DNA of 63,959 nucleotides, the filler included, from Neolecta irregularis DAH-3 (taxonomy: Eukaryota): assembly GCA_001929475.1 (NCBI GenBank). It is 8 parts of 8 records of this genome, joined end to end, with 100 filler letters (N's around TTAATTAATTAA, not from the genome) between each part and the next. Parts side by side here need not be neighbours in the genome. Positions count along the whole stretch, not along the records: positions 1 to 19,930 come from LXFE01004370.1; 7 more parts are not named here. One strand, given 5' to 3'. The translations under genes were made by a program, and so were the position numbers. Positions 1-13,021 of this stretch are shown piece after piece (the stretch's first letter is position 1; the number at the start of each line of letters is the position of its first letter). The notes beneath the pieces were generated by a model that was given only the letters and a program-made list of their open reading frames with translations, had not been told where the DNA came from and did not search any database.

Positions 1-169
1 CCTCGTGGATACTTAATGACCGACTTCATGGCACAGGGCTCCTAAAGCCCTCGTAAAGCAGACATTTTGGACTACTGTGACCGACATCTGCCGACTTTTC
101 TCTACAATTCGCACCGGGTTCTGGAATGACTGGTCAAAAACCGGCACTGAATTTTCTCGATGTGCCACC
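1..169 (+). repeat. Near-identical copy of 17378..17546 (upstream region and first codons of an F-box-like gene), cut by a gap
   Basis: Direct comparison shows 2 mismatches in 169 nt; includes ATG and MTGQKPALNFLDVP. Confidence 0.9.
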
Positions 170-264
170 NNNNNNNNNNAAAGAATTATATACATAATAT
201 AGTAATTTAATCCTGCTCTGCCCATTTCTGCCATGCACACTACCACCCAAAATGGTTGTCACAT

Positions 265-341
265 GTTAGGCCCGGCCCATGGGTCAGTCAATGGGCTGGG
301 CTTTTTAAAAAGCCATGGGCTTTGGCCCGTCCCCAACACTG
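265..341 (-). mobile_element. Putative hAT-like transposon end with CCCATGGG/GGCCC subterminal motifs
   Basis: Minus strand starts CAGTGTTGGG; a similar end lies at 61518; the flank is CpG-poor. Confidence 0.4.
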
Positions 342-844
342 AAGCAATACCGAACAGGAAAATTGATTACAACATGTAGGCTGGTTTCTTCCTGACTCTG
401 CCATGTTCCTTTTGCCAGTAATGCCCAACCCGAGTCTTGCTCTCCTCATTGCTTCTTCTGTATGCCATAATGCATGTATATGTGAAAATGTTTCTGGCAG
501 TCTTACTGGACTATAGTCTGCAGGTGCAGTATAAGCCTTGCAGCAATTAGAGGGATTGCTAGGCAAGGACACTAATCGAGAGAAAACACTGAGCAATTTA
601 GAACCAATTATATTCCTGGACCAATGAAAAAATTAGAATTCGTAAAATCACCAAATATCATGATACAAATTTTGGGTCAATCTGGTGGCTGGCGAACGCA
701 CCTTAAAATAAATAATAATAATAGTGGTATGTCGGTGGTTCTAGTTGAGGTGGGGTAGTATCGAGTTCCCCAATAGCAGACAATCCCTTACATCACCAGT
801 CGAATCGCCGACTTTTGAACTTGCGGATCGTCGTAATTGAGTCG

Positions 845-3096
845 ATGCCCGAACATAACACAGCAATAAATGATTCTGAAGTCGAGGTTTTCAGCGTTCC
901 CCAGCGATTGTTCGATGAATCCAAGCACCCAAAGCCTTTCATTTCGAGTTTCAATCAGTATCAAGAAATGTATGAGCGTTCAAACAATAAACCCCATGAG
1001 TTCTGGGGAGATCTTGGCCGAGAGCTTCTTGACTGGCAAACTCCATTCAAGACCGTTCAGAGCGGCAGTTTTGAACATAGTGATGTAGCTTGGTTCCTAG
1101 AGGGAGAGCTGAATGCCTCATACAATTGTGTTGATCGACATGCCATCGCTCGACCTGATGCCGCATCGTCTAACTTTTCCGTCCAAAGGCTCACTGCATA
1201 GATTGCAATTATCTACGAAGCAGACGAACCAGGTCATGGGCGAGAAATTACCTATTCCGAATTATTGCGAGAAGTCTGTAAAGCAGCTAATGTCCTCAAA
1301 AAGATGGGAGTCAGAAAAGGCGACACCGTAGCCGTCTATATGTCCATGATTCCAGAAATAGTCATCGCACTGTTGGCCATTGTTCGAATTGGTGCTGTTC
1401 ACTCTGTGATTTTTGCCGGGTTTTCCTCAGAGTCGCTCCGTGATCGGATTCTGGACGCAGATTCTCGTGTTGTTATCACCACCGATGAAGGACGCCGAGG
1501 AGGAAAGACTATTGGAACAAAACATATTGTAGATGATGCCCTAAAACAGTGCCCTCATGTTAAGCATGTCCTCGTCTTCAGGCGTACTGGGAACCAAGTT
1601 CATATGCAGAAAGGGCGGGACTATTGGTGGCACGAAGAACTTCCCAAATACCCCCCAATTTGTCCTCCCGAACGAATGAAATCTGAAGATCCCCTTTTCC
1701 TGTTGTATACCTCCGGTTCTACCGGAAAGCCAAAAGGCCTTATGCACACAACTGGTGGATATCTCGTGGGGGCAGCTGCATCTACGAAATACGTCTTTGA
1801 TGTTCATTCAACTGACAAGATCGGAACCGCGGGCGATATTGGATGGATCACTGTAAATGTGCTATCTTGTAATATACTAAACATTTTAGGGTCATACATA
1901 CATTCTTTATGGGCCTCTTCTTCTCGGAACGGCCACGCTTGTATTTGAAGGGACACCGGCTTACCCTTCATTCTCTCGTTACTGGGAAATTGTGGAAAAA
2001 CACAAGCTTACCCATTGGTACGTCGCTCCAACAGCAATTCGCCTCCTTAAACGAGCCGGAGACACTCATTTCAAACATGATATTACCTCTTTGCGGATTA
2101 TAGGCTCAGTTGGAGAACCAATTGCTCCAGATGTATGCACATATACATGAGTAGACTGATTATTAGATCTGGAAATGGTACTACGGAAAGGTTGGGAACA
2201 GTCAATGTCAGATAGTCGATGTATACACAATTTCGAGAAACTTTGCTGACGAACAAGACCTACTGGCAAACTGAAAGTGGATCCCATACAATTACTCCCT
2301 TCGCATGTGCCACACCCACAAAGCCTGGTAGTGCAACCCTCCCATTCTTCGGTATTCAACCAGTTATTCTCGATCCAGAAAACGGGAAAGAACTTACTGA
2401 TCCAAATGTTGAAGGCGTCTTAGCTTTTAAGAAACCGTGGCCTAGCATGGCTCGAACCATATGGGGGGCCCATGAACGATACTTTGATACTTATATGAAG
2501 CCTTATCCAGGCTATTATGTACTCAAGCAAACTTGGACGTTTTTGATGAGTTTAGTTCACGGGTGATGGTGCTAGTCGCGATTATGACGGATATTATTGG
2601 ATCAAGGGGTAAACATATTTCCCAAATCCCTCAATTCAATTCATAGACGAGTTGACGATGTCGTCAATATATCCGGTCATCGACTTAGTACAGCAGAAAT
2701 CGAGGCGGCGTTAACTAACTATCCCGGAATTGCGGAAGCCGCATGTTGTGGCATCCCGGACGAATTGACTGGCCAAGCTGTAGTTGCTTTCGTTTCGCTC
2801 AAATCTGGCATTGATGCTTCAGAAAATTTGAACAAGGAATTGACTCTCCAAGTCCGAAAAGCAATCGGACCATTTGCAGCCCCGAAGAAAATTTATCTAA
2901 GCATATCTCTCCATGTTGAACGACGCTGACGTTTGAAGTCGACGATCTTCCTAAAACTCGAAGCGGAAAGATCATGAGACGAGTCCTGCGAAAGATACTT
3001 GTGGGAGAACAAGATCAGTTAGGAGATTTGTCAACTCTCGCCGATCCGTCTACGGTTGAAGACTTGGTGAAAATCGTTCATGGTTCAAGTAACTGA
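845..3096 (+). CDS. ACS1: Acetyl-CoA synthetase, 7 introns (1163-1201 GC-AG, 1853-1889, 2133-2166, 2221-2257, 2519-2555, 2609-2646, 2901-2938 GC-AG)
   Basis: [14 protein letters not shown]-binding motif, [31 protein letters not shown]. Confidence 0.97.
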
Positions 3097-3546
3097 GGAG
3101 TCTTTCAATCTGCATTCTCTTCATCTTCTTATTAATCGATCATGATTGAATAAGTTGTATTCAGTTGACTCTACTTTTCAAAGGTACTGGATGTGATTCT
3201 TTGTTTAAATATTTTCCAAAATTATTTTTGTCTATCCCAAAGGATTTAAAGTAGCGCCCTTCAAACATGTGGAAATGCATAAAACTAGAACTTGTTCCAC
3301 TAATGTTATTGAACTCCATTCAAGTCGATTTACTCTTGGTGCACCCGGTCCGTCTTTATCTCGACCCCGCCCTACAGTCACTCTTTTGATTATTTGTCTT
3401 AGCCACAGTTTCTCTCGGTCTTAGCTCCTAATTACTAAACACTTGTGGCATTTCGACTGTTTCCACCTGACCACCATAGCCTCGCTTGGCTCATATTGCC
3501 AAGCATTTCAGCGAATCGTCCTTCCAGCTCGTCAGATTTATATCGA

Positions 3547-6099
3547 ATGGTCAAGCTATTCTCTTCAATGTGGCTGCCATGTTTCATAATAGGTTGTGCT
3601 CTGATGTCAGTAGAAGGTAAATACTATTGAGTTACAGAGGTGATACTACAGCTCGTTCATCGCGTCCCCCTCCCATTCGCTATGTATCGCATCTAAAAGA
3701 TATTATAGCTTTGGAGAAGAATGATCGATCATTGCATATTTCCTTTAGGCTGCCTTTCTTGGAAACACAGAGCCATACTAAATTGATTCTCGAACCAAAT
3801 AACGATATATTACAGCATCCAGAAGCATCAATAGAGTATCATGACTTAGAAGGGAACGTTAGAAAAGAGCCTATTACGAGGCAAGGGGTTCAAACATATC
3901 GAGGAACATGTTGGGTAGCGGATCATGAGCATGATTGGCGTGAAGCGGGATGGGCTGCGATTACTCTCATCCAAGACGGACCTTTGTTTGAAGGAGCATT
4001 CATGATAGATGGAATGGCTCACCACGTCCAGCCATGGCGGAAATACTCTGCCCGTAGAGGCGCTCTCGACTACAATGTCCGCGGAACGAATGAAAATATG
4101 GTTATCTGGACCGACTCCCATATCGAAAGTTTACCAGAACTTCTCGTCAACGGCCATTCATGTCCCGCCGATAGGCTCCCTTATAACATCGATCCAGAAA
4201 ATTCAATCAACAAATATTTTAGCTATCAGCAACCCAACACATTATTTGATTTCTGGAGTAGTAATAAAGCTTTTGGATATGGTTCCCGATTGATGAAACG
4301 TCAAAATATCGATGGGAGTTCAGCCTTATTACCGGGTTTTACGAGTAGTACGACCCTTGTCTCTACTATCGGAAATACCGATGGATGTCCAAATGTTAAA
4401 AAGGTTGCTCTTGTAGGTGTTGCCGTGGATTGCGAGTACGCCCAAACTTTTTCAAATTCTTCCGAGACGAGAGAACATATTATCACACTCTTCAATACTG
4501 TCTCAACTGTTTTCGAATCGACATTCAACGTTACACTTGGATTGCTTCAGCTCGTTATATCGGATACAAATGCTTCATGTCCGTCTTCACCGCCAAGCAA
4601 CCAGCCTTGGAATGCCAATTGCAACTCGAATTTATCTTTAGATGATAGATTAAATCTGATTAGTACATGGCGAGGAACTCGGTCTGGAGATGGTATCGCA
4701 TTCTGGACTCTTCTTACAAAGTGTAATAGCGGAACTGAAGTTGGCGTAAGTCAATGCCTTGCTACGATTTAATGTATTTAGGTTGCTTGGCTCGGAACCT
4801 TATGTTTTGATGAGACCCAGACTCAAGGCAATACTCAGGTAAGCGGAGCGAACGTTGTTACCCAGGGGAGCTCAGAATGGAAAGTTCTCGCCCATGAAAC
4901 TGGACATGTGTTTGGTGCTGTGCATGATTGCAGTATGTAACTTTTGGGTATATTTGTTGACCTTGTAGTGAGTGGATGTGCTGCTGTAAACACGACTTGC
5001 TGTCCATTCACTAGAACTCAGTGCGACGCAGGTAGTCAATTCTTGATGAATCCCACTACTGTTCAGAGATCAAATTCCTTTAGCCCTTGCTCAGTTGGGA
5101 ATGTGTGTTCCGCAATAGGGAGTCGAGCTGTCACTTCATCATGTCTTACAACGAATAAGAATATCAAGTTGATAACTGCCGGCCAGTGCGGTAATGGAAT
5201 TGTAGAAGAGGGAGAGGATTGCGATTGTGGAGGTGAAGAAGCCTGTGCTGGCAATAAATGTTGCAATCCTAAGACCTGCAAGTTTACAACAGGATCCGTT
5301 TGCGAGTATATCTATCTTATGCTATGAAATCTAATGGCATAGTGACTCGAACGAATCATGCTGCAAAAACTGTCAGTATGCTCCATCCTCGCAAATCTGT
5401 CGAGGGAGTCGAGATGAAAAGTGTGACCCATCTGAATTTTGTACCGGGACGTCATCGGCATGTCCAGAAGACCAGTTGGTATCAGATGGCACATCATGTG
5501 GTGCAGGTAGTCTGGCCTGTGCTAGTGGTCAGTGTACTTCGCGGTATCTATGTCCTCCTTTGCTTTTGCTGATGACTTTTCTGCAGAGATCTGCAATGTA
5601 CAACACAAATCAATGGAACAACTGGAGATTGTGGTCTTCTTGACTGCCAGGTTACATGCAGAGCACCTGAATTTGGGCCTGCAACTTGTGTTTCGCTACC
5701 TCAATACTTTCTTGACGGAACACCCTGTGGAATTTCGGGGACATGTGGTAAAGGTATTTGCCGGAATCAGAGCGAGATTCGTGCTGTCAGTACTTGGATC
5801 AAACAGGTTTCCCTTTCGATGACGCTCTCGTTAACATTTTCCAGAATAAGACTATCGTTATCATCGTAGCCGCAATCGTAGGAGGCCTGCTTATCTTTTG
5901 TGGCGCCCTGTCTTCACTCCAGAGACTACGAAGAAAACCGACTGCACAAATACGACCTCGTCATATTCAATCTCGAAGATATCAAACTCGCGCGAATATG
6001 TTTCAGGTTCCTCCTGGTCCACAGCACCCAAATCAAGTCTTATATGCGCCTTATCCACAATATCCCGGTCGCAATGCTCCTCCAGAGTACTACAGATGA
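3547..6099 (+). CDS. ADAM-family metalloprotease (prodomain, reprolysin, disintegrin, Cys-rich, TM), 6 introns
   Basis: Signal peptide, KR processing site, HETGHVFGAVHD zinc motif, CGNGIVEEGEDCDCG, C-terminal TM and Pro-rich tail. Confidence 0.93.
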
Positions 6100-6266
6100 G
6101 TCCTCTTCATTCCCGAGTTGGCAAAGTCTTTCTTTTCGTGTATGGTTATAGATTGGAGTTATTTTAAATACATTTATTATCACACGCATCGTAACAATAG
6201 CGTAAACATGAAAAATGCAATGTGTGCTAACTCTACAGCGCCCCTAACTGAAATACGGAAATTTGC

Positions 6267-6945
6267 TTATGCCATGTTCTCAGTGGTGTCGCTCGGATTT
6301 CGGTCGAGCCAAAAGAGCAGACAATTATACCAAATTCTCGTTGTTTGATTGACTTCGTCGTGATCTGGTTCTTCAAGGATCACATTGTAAACATGACTAA
6401 AGGCCATAAAAGTCGACACGACTGTCATGACGATCGACATTATAGGAAGAAAAAAGAGCACTAGTACAAACCGCATTGTTGAAGATTTGGGAGGGCAATC
6501 TTTAATCATTCGAAAATGCAGATTTATGATAGACTGGTAACTCGAAGAAATCAGATTTCGAAAGGTTCCTGGGAGTGGTTGGATAGGAACAACAGACAGA
6601 ACGAAACCGAATGAACTGAACAGCAGCCAAATGAGGCCTGAAATACTGAGAATCATGTTGAAGAACAAGAAATAAAACTGCGAGTTCATCAAGAACGCTC
6701 CAGACAACCATTGTTACCCAAGCCAATCCATGAAACTCGCCATCGATATCGTTACAAATCAACATTGACTCTGAGTAGTACAGCGTTGTATCTCCCCCGG
6801 AACAGAGCGATAAAGAACGAGGCTGTGTATACTTCTCATTTGTGAATAGTGAGACAGGACCAGGTGACTTTTCTTGCGGAGAAGGATGGTAAGTCGCTGG
6901 TGGAGGCGTAAGAGGCAGAACTTGCTTATTCTGGCTAGTATTCAT
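6267..6945 (-). CDS. Hypothetical membrane protein (two ORFs, perhaps joined by a GC-AG intron at 6698-6740)
   Basis: Pro-rich N-terminal ORF followed by a hydrophobic ORF; the frames join through a GCGAGT donor. Confidence 0.45.
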
Positions 6946-7618
6946 AAGCCTTGGATCCAAGCGGATTGCTGGAAATAGCTGGAAAGACCGGAAAGGCGAG
7001 GATAAATAGCAGACTGGCCGGTTAAGAAAAGCGAATTCGTCGGGGTTTGCCCCTTCCCACTATTGCTTGGCATTAGAGATTGCCGGCCTTGGCAAATGCA
7101 ACATCAGGAATTTGAAGCTTTGTAACCATACCGAGTCTTTCCCTGTATTTTCCATGCGGGAAAAATACGCCATAGAACCCTGGGGTAAGCGAATCATGCT
7201 GAATAGCCCAGACCTGGAGGTTTGGAAAATTGAATATTAGGGAGGACCACCGATTGGTTGACTCTGCGATCTCGGAAAATGCCTCCTCACCTTTACCTCT
7301 GAAACATCAGAAAGATGTCCCCAAACTGAGATTCGCAAGTGAATGTGTCCAAGCCACCCTACAGAAGGGCTGTGCAAACCCCACTTGAATATCTTTTCGG
7401 GGTATTCATCTGAACACTTTAAAGGTGGAAAATATTAACCTTTTCGATCCCTTAACATGAATCATTGGAGTCACATTGCTCGAGATATCTCAGTTCTAGA
7501 TTTCTACTAAATTCTTCTGATGCTGCCCCTGTGCACTGCCTTCGTTTCTCCACATCTTATTCGCAGCTATATACCCCGTGTATTTCCATCATCTGGGTCC
7601 CTTGACCAGTTCAGAGTT

Positions 7619-9572
7619 ATGTTATCAAGACTTCTTGGCCTTGTTGTTGCTATTGGTTCCGTCCTGTCCGTTCCCGTGTCCGAGTCACCTTCAGTACCGC
7701 TGGGACTTAAATGGACCGAAAGCAATGCGCTTCCAGTCGTCAGTCTAGGTTATGCTCAATATCGAGCTTCGGAATATGACCCGATACAAGATTTCTATAT
7801 TTTTAGGAATATTCGGTAGGAAGATCGACTAGACATGATCGGGAAGGCTAACCCGGCAGATTTGCGGCACCTCCCGTTGGTAATCAGAGATGGAAATATC
7901 CTGCTCCTCCTCTACACGAAGATGGAATCCAGGATGGCAGTATTGGGTATGGGTGCTACAATTCTGCCCCTGGAATCCTTTCAATTGCTCTACCTGCTCT
8001 TAAATTCTTTCCTCAAAAAGAGGACTGCTTATTCCTTGATCTCTGGGTCCCTGGAAATTCTGCAAGACTAGCAACTACGTCATCATTACCGGTTTTAATC
8101 TTCATTTTTGGCGGTGGATATGGTTTGATTGATCCCCGTAAGGGTATTACTTACCATCAAGTCATTGGAACCAAAGATATGTATTCTGGCGGCCCATTAG
8201 TCAAGGCTGCAGATAACCAAATCATCTATGTCCGCATTAATTATAGAGTAAGCTTATTTCTCCCGGAATTAATTTAAAATTTTAGCTCGGAGCTTTCGGT
8301 TGGCTTGCGGGAGAAACGCTTCAGAAAGATGGCCTTGCAAACGTTGGTTTGCATGATCAACGTGTATATCTCTTTGGATGACACAACCCTCTGAGCAAAT
8401 AGGCCGCTTTTCAATGGGTCCAAGATTACATTCACCTCTTTGGCGGCGATCCAAAAATTGTGACAGTAATGGGTGAATCCGCTGGCGCCGGCTCGATATT
8501 TCACCATATCGTTTCTCCCATAAAGCCCCAATTTAAACGCGCAATAATGCAATCGCCTGCCTGGTATCCCCAGTTTGATAGGTATGGACTGGAACACCAA
8601 TACCAGAATTTTGCTATAGCTGCTGGTTGTTCAACATTCGATCTTCATTGCCTTCGAACGCAGACGGAAGAAAAGCTTCAAGAAGCCAATCTGGCAACTA
8701 CTTTGCATTCACAATATGGGACATTTCAGTATGGACCAGCGATTGATGGTGTTTACGTGCTCGATGAGCCGGATAAGAGATTGTCTAGCGGACATTTTGC
8801 TCACGATGTTGAAGTCATGATGGGATATAATTCGGACGAGGGAGCTATCTTTACAAATCCTACTATAATTACAAGCAAACACGTCGATGAGATGTTGAGA
8901 CTGAACTTTCCGTACTCGAATGAGACCTTCTTCAACGAGGTATTGTTATCAAGTTGGGTTTTAAGGAGTTAATGAGTAGGTCAAAAGGTTGTATCCTCCA
9001 CCGCCCACTAGACGATACTATACACAATTCGGTCGAGTTAGTGAAATGATTTCAGAGTTTATTGTCACTTGCAACGTATATATGATTAATCTCTTTCCTA
9101 AGAAATAGTCACGATATTTTGGACAAGCGTTCAACGGAAGGACCTTTAACTATAGATTCGCGATTCCTCCTGCATTACATGGAATGGGTATAAGACCTCT
9201 TAGTCAATTCTATTGACTTTTAAAGATCTTCTCTTCACTTTCTTTGGTGTTGACCTTGATTTTCCAGATTTAGGCTTATCGGTATTAATATCTCCAGACT
9301 TTCAAAGATCTCTGGCATGGGCTTTACAACGATATTTAGTATCCTTTGTCCGCTCAGGGGACCCCAATACCTATCGTGTAAAAGATGGTGTTGGTAACGT
9401 CCAGTTTCCTCGCTATGGTTCAGAACAAACAATTTTGAATATGGATATTATTGGATTTGACGCTCGTCCAGATCCGCAGGTACCCTCTGATAGATGTGAC
9501 TTCTGGGTAACGGCACCATATGTCGATAACACGATGAATGAAATAAATGACAAGGTTGGATTAGTCTTTTAA
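7619..9572 (+). CDS. Secreted type-B carboxylesterase/lipase, 7 introns
   Basis: Signal peptide, RFAAPP, EDCLFLD, GGGY oxyanion loop, NYRLG, GESAG nucleophile. Confidence 0.93.
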
Positions 9573-9813
9573 TAAAATTTGCCTAGAATTTCCTGTACAT
9601 TCATGTTTCATTTTAGATAAAGCAAAGAATGAAGTCAACTTTTGCTCGTACATATGCAATAGCCTTGAATAACTGAAATTGAAAAAAAGATCGGAGGCAA
9701 AGGAAGAACCTTTAAGTATCTTACAAAAGGGAAATTGAAACGATCATTTTTCGACGAACACGAAGCCAATAACCAGCCTATTAACTGTTAAGTAATACAG
9801 GGTCTAATAATGT

Positions 9814-12266
9814 CTATGGGTCGCCTTCGCCCTCGCCGTCTTCATCGTCGTAATCCTCGTCGACTTCGATGTTTCTCGAGGGAGGCTCGATCTCGTCATC
9901 CGGATCTTCTTGCCTAATTTCTTCCTCGCGAGGCCAACGATTAATTGATGTCCGTCGCTGAGGTTCATGAGGATATGGTGGCAGTTCTCTGGGACGATCC
10001 ATAATGGAAGAATTCATTTTGGGCCGAGGTGGCTCGTCTTCATCCCGGCGTCGTTTAATTCCCGATTGGCCGTTTTCGCTAGCAAGAGGATCACGAAGGT
10101 CAGATGTATATCGGGTTCCACGTGGGGAGATAAGTGGACCATTATCCATATGTACTCTCTCGTGGTTGGGACTGTTTCCCCGGCCAAGAATAGGAGCAAG
10201 ACTTCCTCCGGGCGGGGCCGGTCGATTGGACTGTGATTGCATATTTTGTGGTTGTGGTTGATTTTGGGAGTTTGGTGGGTAAGACAAGGCAGAAACGGGT
10301 CCGGGTTGCTGTTGCGAATGATGTGACTGAGGGTATCCAACACGAAGTTGAGGAGGAAGTTGTTCTCGAGGTAGTTGCTGGCTGTAATGCTGAACTGGAG
10401 GCCCCTGTTGTACAGGCGGGGGACTCCGTCGAATGGGTGTTGGCATTTGTTGTCGAAGACCGTTCATTGGCGGTGGTCCATTGGCCAACGAAGGTACAGG
10501 TTGCTTGGATAACTCGGGGCTAGTCATGTGTCTCAGAGGAGGCTCCTGGCGGTACTTTGAAGGTGGTTGATGCGGCAAATGAGCAGGCATAGGGCCGCGA
10601 TCAGAAGGACGATCTGTACCATTTGGTCGAGATGTCTCTACTGATGGCTGTGTCCAATGTGTAGGCGGGCCTGCAATAGCAGGCTGGTAAGCAGTGGGAT
10701 TAACATCTTGAGGGTGAGGAGCATTGTTTGCATGAGCCCCGGCTTGCCCACCTGAGCGAAGATAGTTTAGACGGCTTTTGATATGATGGTTCTGGGGATC
10801 GAGCTCTGATGCTCGAGTATATGCATCAATCGCATCTTGAACTTGATTGTTGCAAGATTCGTACTAAATTTAATTATCATACATCCCCCAAGGTGACACA
10901 TACCAGTGTTCCCAGGTCGTACCAAACTTCTGAGATATAGGGATTCAACCTTATTGCCCGTGAATATGCATCCAGAGCATCGCGGTATTGATTAATCTGA
11001 TAGTAGAGAACGCCGATGGAACACCAAAACGTTGGATTATGACCGTCACGATACACTGCTTGCTGATATGCTTCGTACGCCTTGTTGTACTTTTGTTGTG
11101 CCATATAACATCGACCAAGGAGGTACCAACTCTGCGCATCGTTGCCGTCTTATTATTAATGTAAAGTAGGCTTAAAAGGGTACGAACCAACTTCAAGACT
11201 TTTAGTCAAGTAAGACACGCCAAGCTCTTGATTAGTAAACGTGGTTCCCGGCTGATGATGCAGCCATCCAAGCTGTTGAAGAACTTTGGCATGGTTGGGG
11301 TTTTCTGTGAGGACACGCTCGTAAGCTTCTTTGGCCGATTTGAACTATATTCAGTAAGCCTGCAAACATTGGGTCGAGAACCTCTTTCTGACTCTCGAAA
11401 ACGTGGCCGATTTGGAAATATACGTCGACTTCGGTAAGCGGCCGAGGGGGGTCATTTAGGATATATTTAAAACACTGATCGTTATCTAGGTTCGACACGA
11501 TGATGCAAACCTCGAGCGCTTGTTGGAATTTGCGTTGTTGCTTATATATTATTCCCAGTCTAAAGTAGATCTCATTTCCCTTTTCGAAATTCGGTTCCAT
11601 CCGGAGAACTTGGGAGAATGCTTCTTCTGCATGATCGTAGGATCCATAGCGATCATAGAGAATTCCAATGCCGTACCATAGCTTGGGCTCCTACACATTA
11701 AAATATGGAGAGCAGTGATCCAACCTTTGGGTTCTGGAGATGGTATAGGGCTTGCTGATAAGCACCATAAGCTTTTTGAAGATCATCCATCATAAGATAG
11801 CAATGGCCTGCTAGTTAGCGTGACCCGAGGGACAAAGAATTGCCTAATGAACTCCACACCTCGCCGTTATTTTGCTCGATTGCGATAATTCTTTGTAGAA
11901 ACTCTATCGCCTGGATATAAGCTGTGGAGCACGGAACAGGGGTCCAGATACGTTCTGGAACTGTTCTTTGGATCTAAGAACGGACGCGATCTGAGTCATG
12001 GCCGGGATGGAATAGGCATTATGTCGCAAAGCGTTTTCGTATGAGGCTAATGCGCGTTCGGTATCGCCCATGAGCTCTGCCGTCTTTCCCAGCTGTATCC
12101 AGACGTCTTCGTTGACGGTAGCGAGTTTCTGGATGCTTGCCGATTGCGGAGGAGCAGAATGCTGGACGCCATTCTGGTAGTGGACATTTGCCTGTTGTTG
12201 CTGCTGCTGTTGTTGTTGTTGCTGTGGATGGGACGGAGGAGGCCTGTTGACGGCTACGTTTGCCAT
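9814..12266 (-). CDS. SSN6: Ssn6/Cyc8 TPR corepressor, 7 introns (11808-11843 GC-AG)
   Basis: PolyQ N-terminus; TPRs including AYEAYQQAVYRDGHNPTFWCSIGVLYYQINQYRDALDAYSRAIRLNPYISEVWYDLG; VDEDYDD tail. Confidence 0.96.
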
Positions 12267-12944
12267 GGGACGGGGAAGAAGGGGCAAGCGCGGGCGGGAG
12301 AGAGGCGCGATGGAGGTTTGGTGGTTGAAAATGCCACTGACGGTCCTGACGGCAACCCGCCGCGCTTGTAGGCGCTTTCTGTTTTGGCGCCTTTGTTTGC
12401 GCATTCTGATTCGCAGCAGCTCGCACAAACACCACACCCGTAGCCGAACGCTGAACCTGGGATTTGTCTGACCTGCACTCCTAGCCCGCACTCTTGTTCA
12501 CCAAGAGCGCAAATAGTGCTGCTGTGCGGTTCTTAGGCCTTGCATCGCATCCCGCTTGGTCTATATTTGCGGCAGCCACCAATCTAGCATCCCTATTATG
12601 TGTACGGGAAAATCTCTCCATGCTCACCCGAATATCTACTCTTTGGTGAAACACAACCCTGCCAAAACATTTCAGCCATGCGGCTTCACCTGCAGCAACT
12701 TTTTCAAGCTCATCTGTCAAAACAATGAATTCAAAACAGCATATAGCCAATCAAATCACAAGTCTGAATGTCTGCACCAGAGTCACAAATACATACCAAA
12801 AGTTGTTGTGTAATAGCCGTGAGCGAACACGTTGTATAACTGTGTGCACCCTAATCTTTGTCAATATCATTATTGGAAAAGGAGGCGCGCGTGATTATCA
12901 ATTGACATCCGGCTATTTGGAGGTTGGGTTTTTTGACCGCTAAT

Positions 12945-12952
12945 TGTGACTG
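12945..12952 (+). promoter_or_regulatory. HomolD box TGTGACTG upstream of RPL3
   Basis: Exact match to the fission-yeast ribosomal-protein promoter element, 70 nt before the ATG. Confidence 0.7.
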
Positions 12953-13021
12953 GGCACTGAACTGGCTTACTTTTTCCCAAACCACCATCTTACACCCCAG
13001 CTTACCTGTAGTATATAGGCC

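Noticed and set aside
1163-1201. TAG readthrough or an alternative genetic code instead of an intron in ACS
   Set aside because: It would insert 13 non-conserved residues, TAG ends several genes here, and the segment has normal intron length and a branch-like site.
12193-12225. CAA/CAG repeat
   Set aside because: Ordinary polyQ tract of Ssn6.
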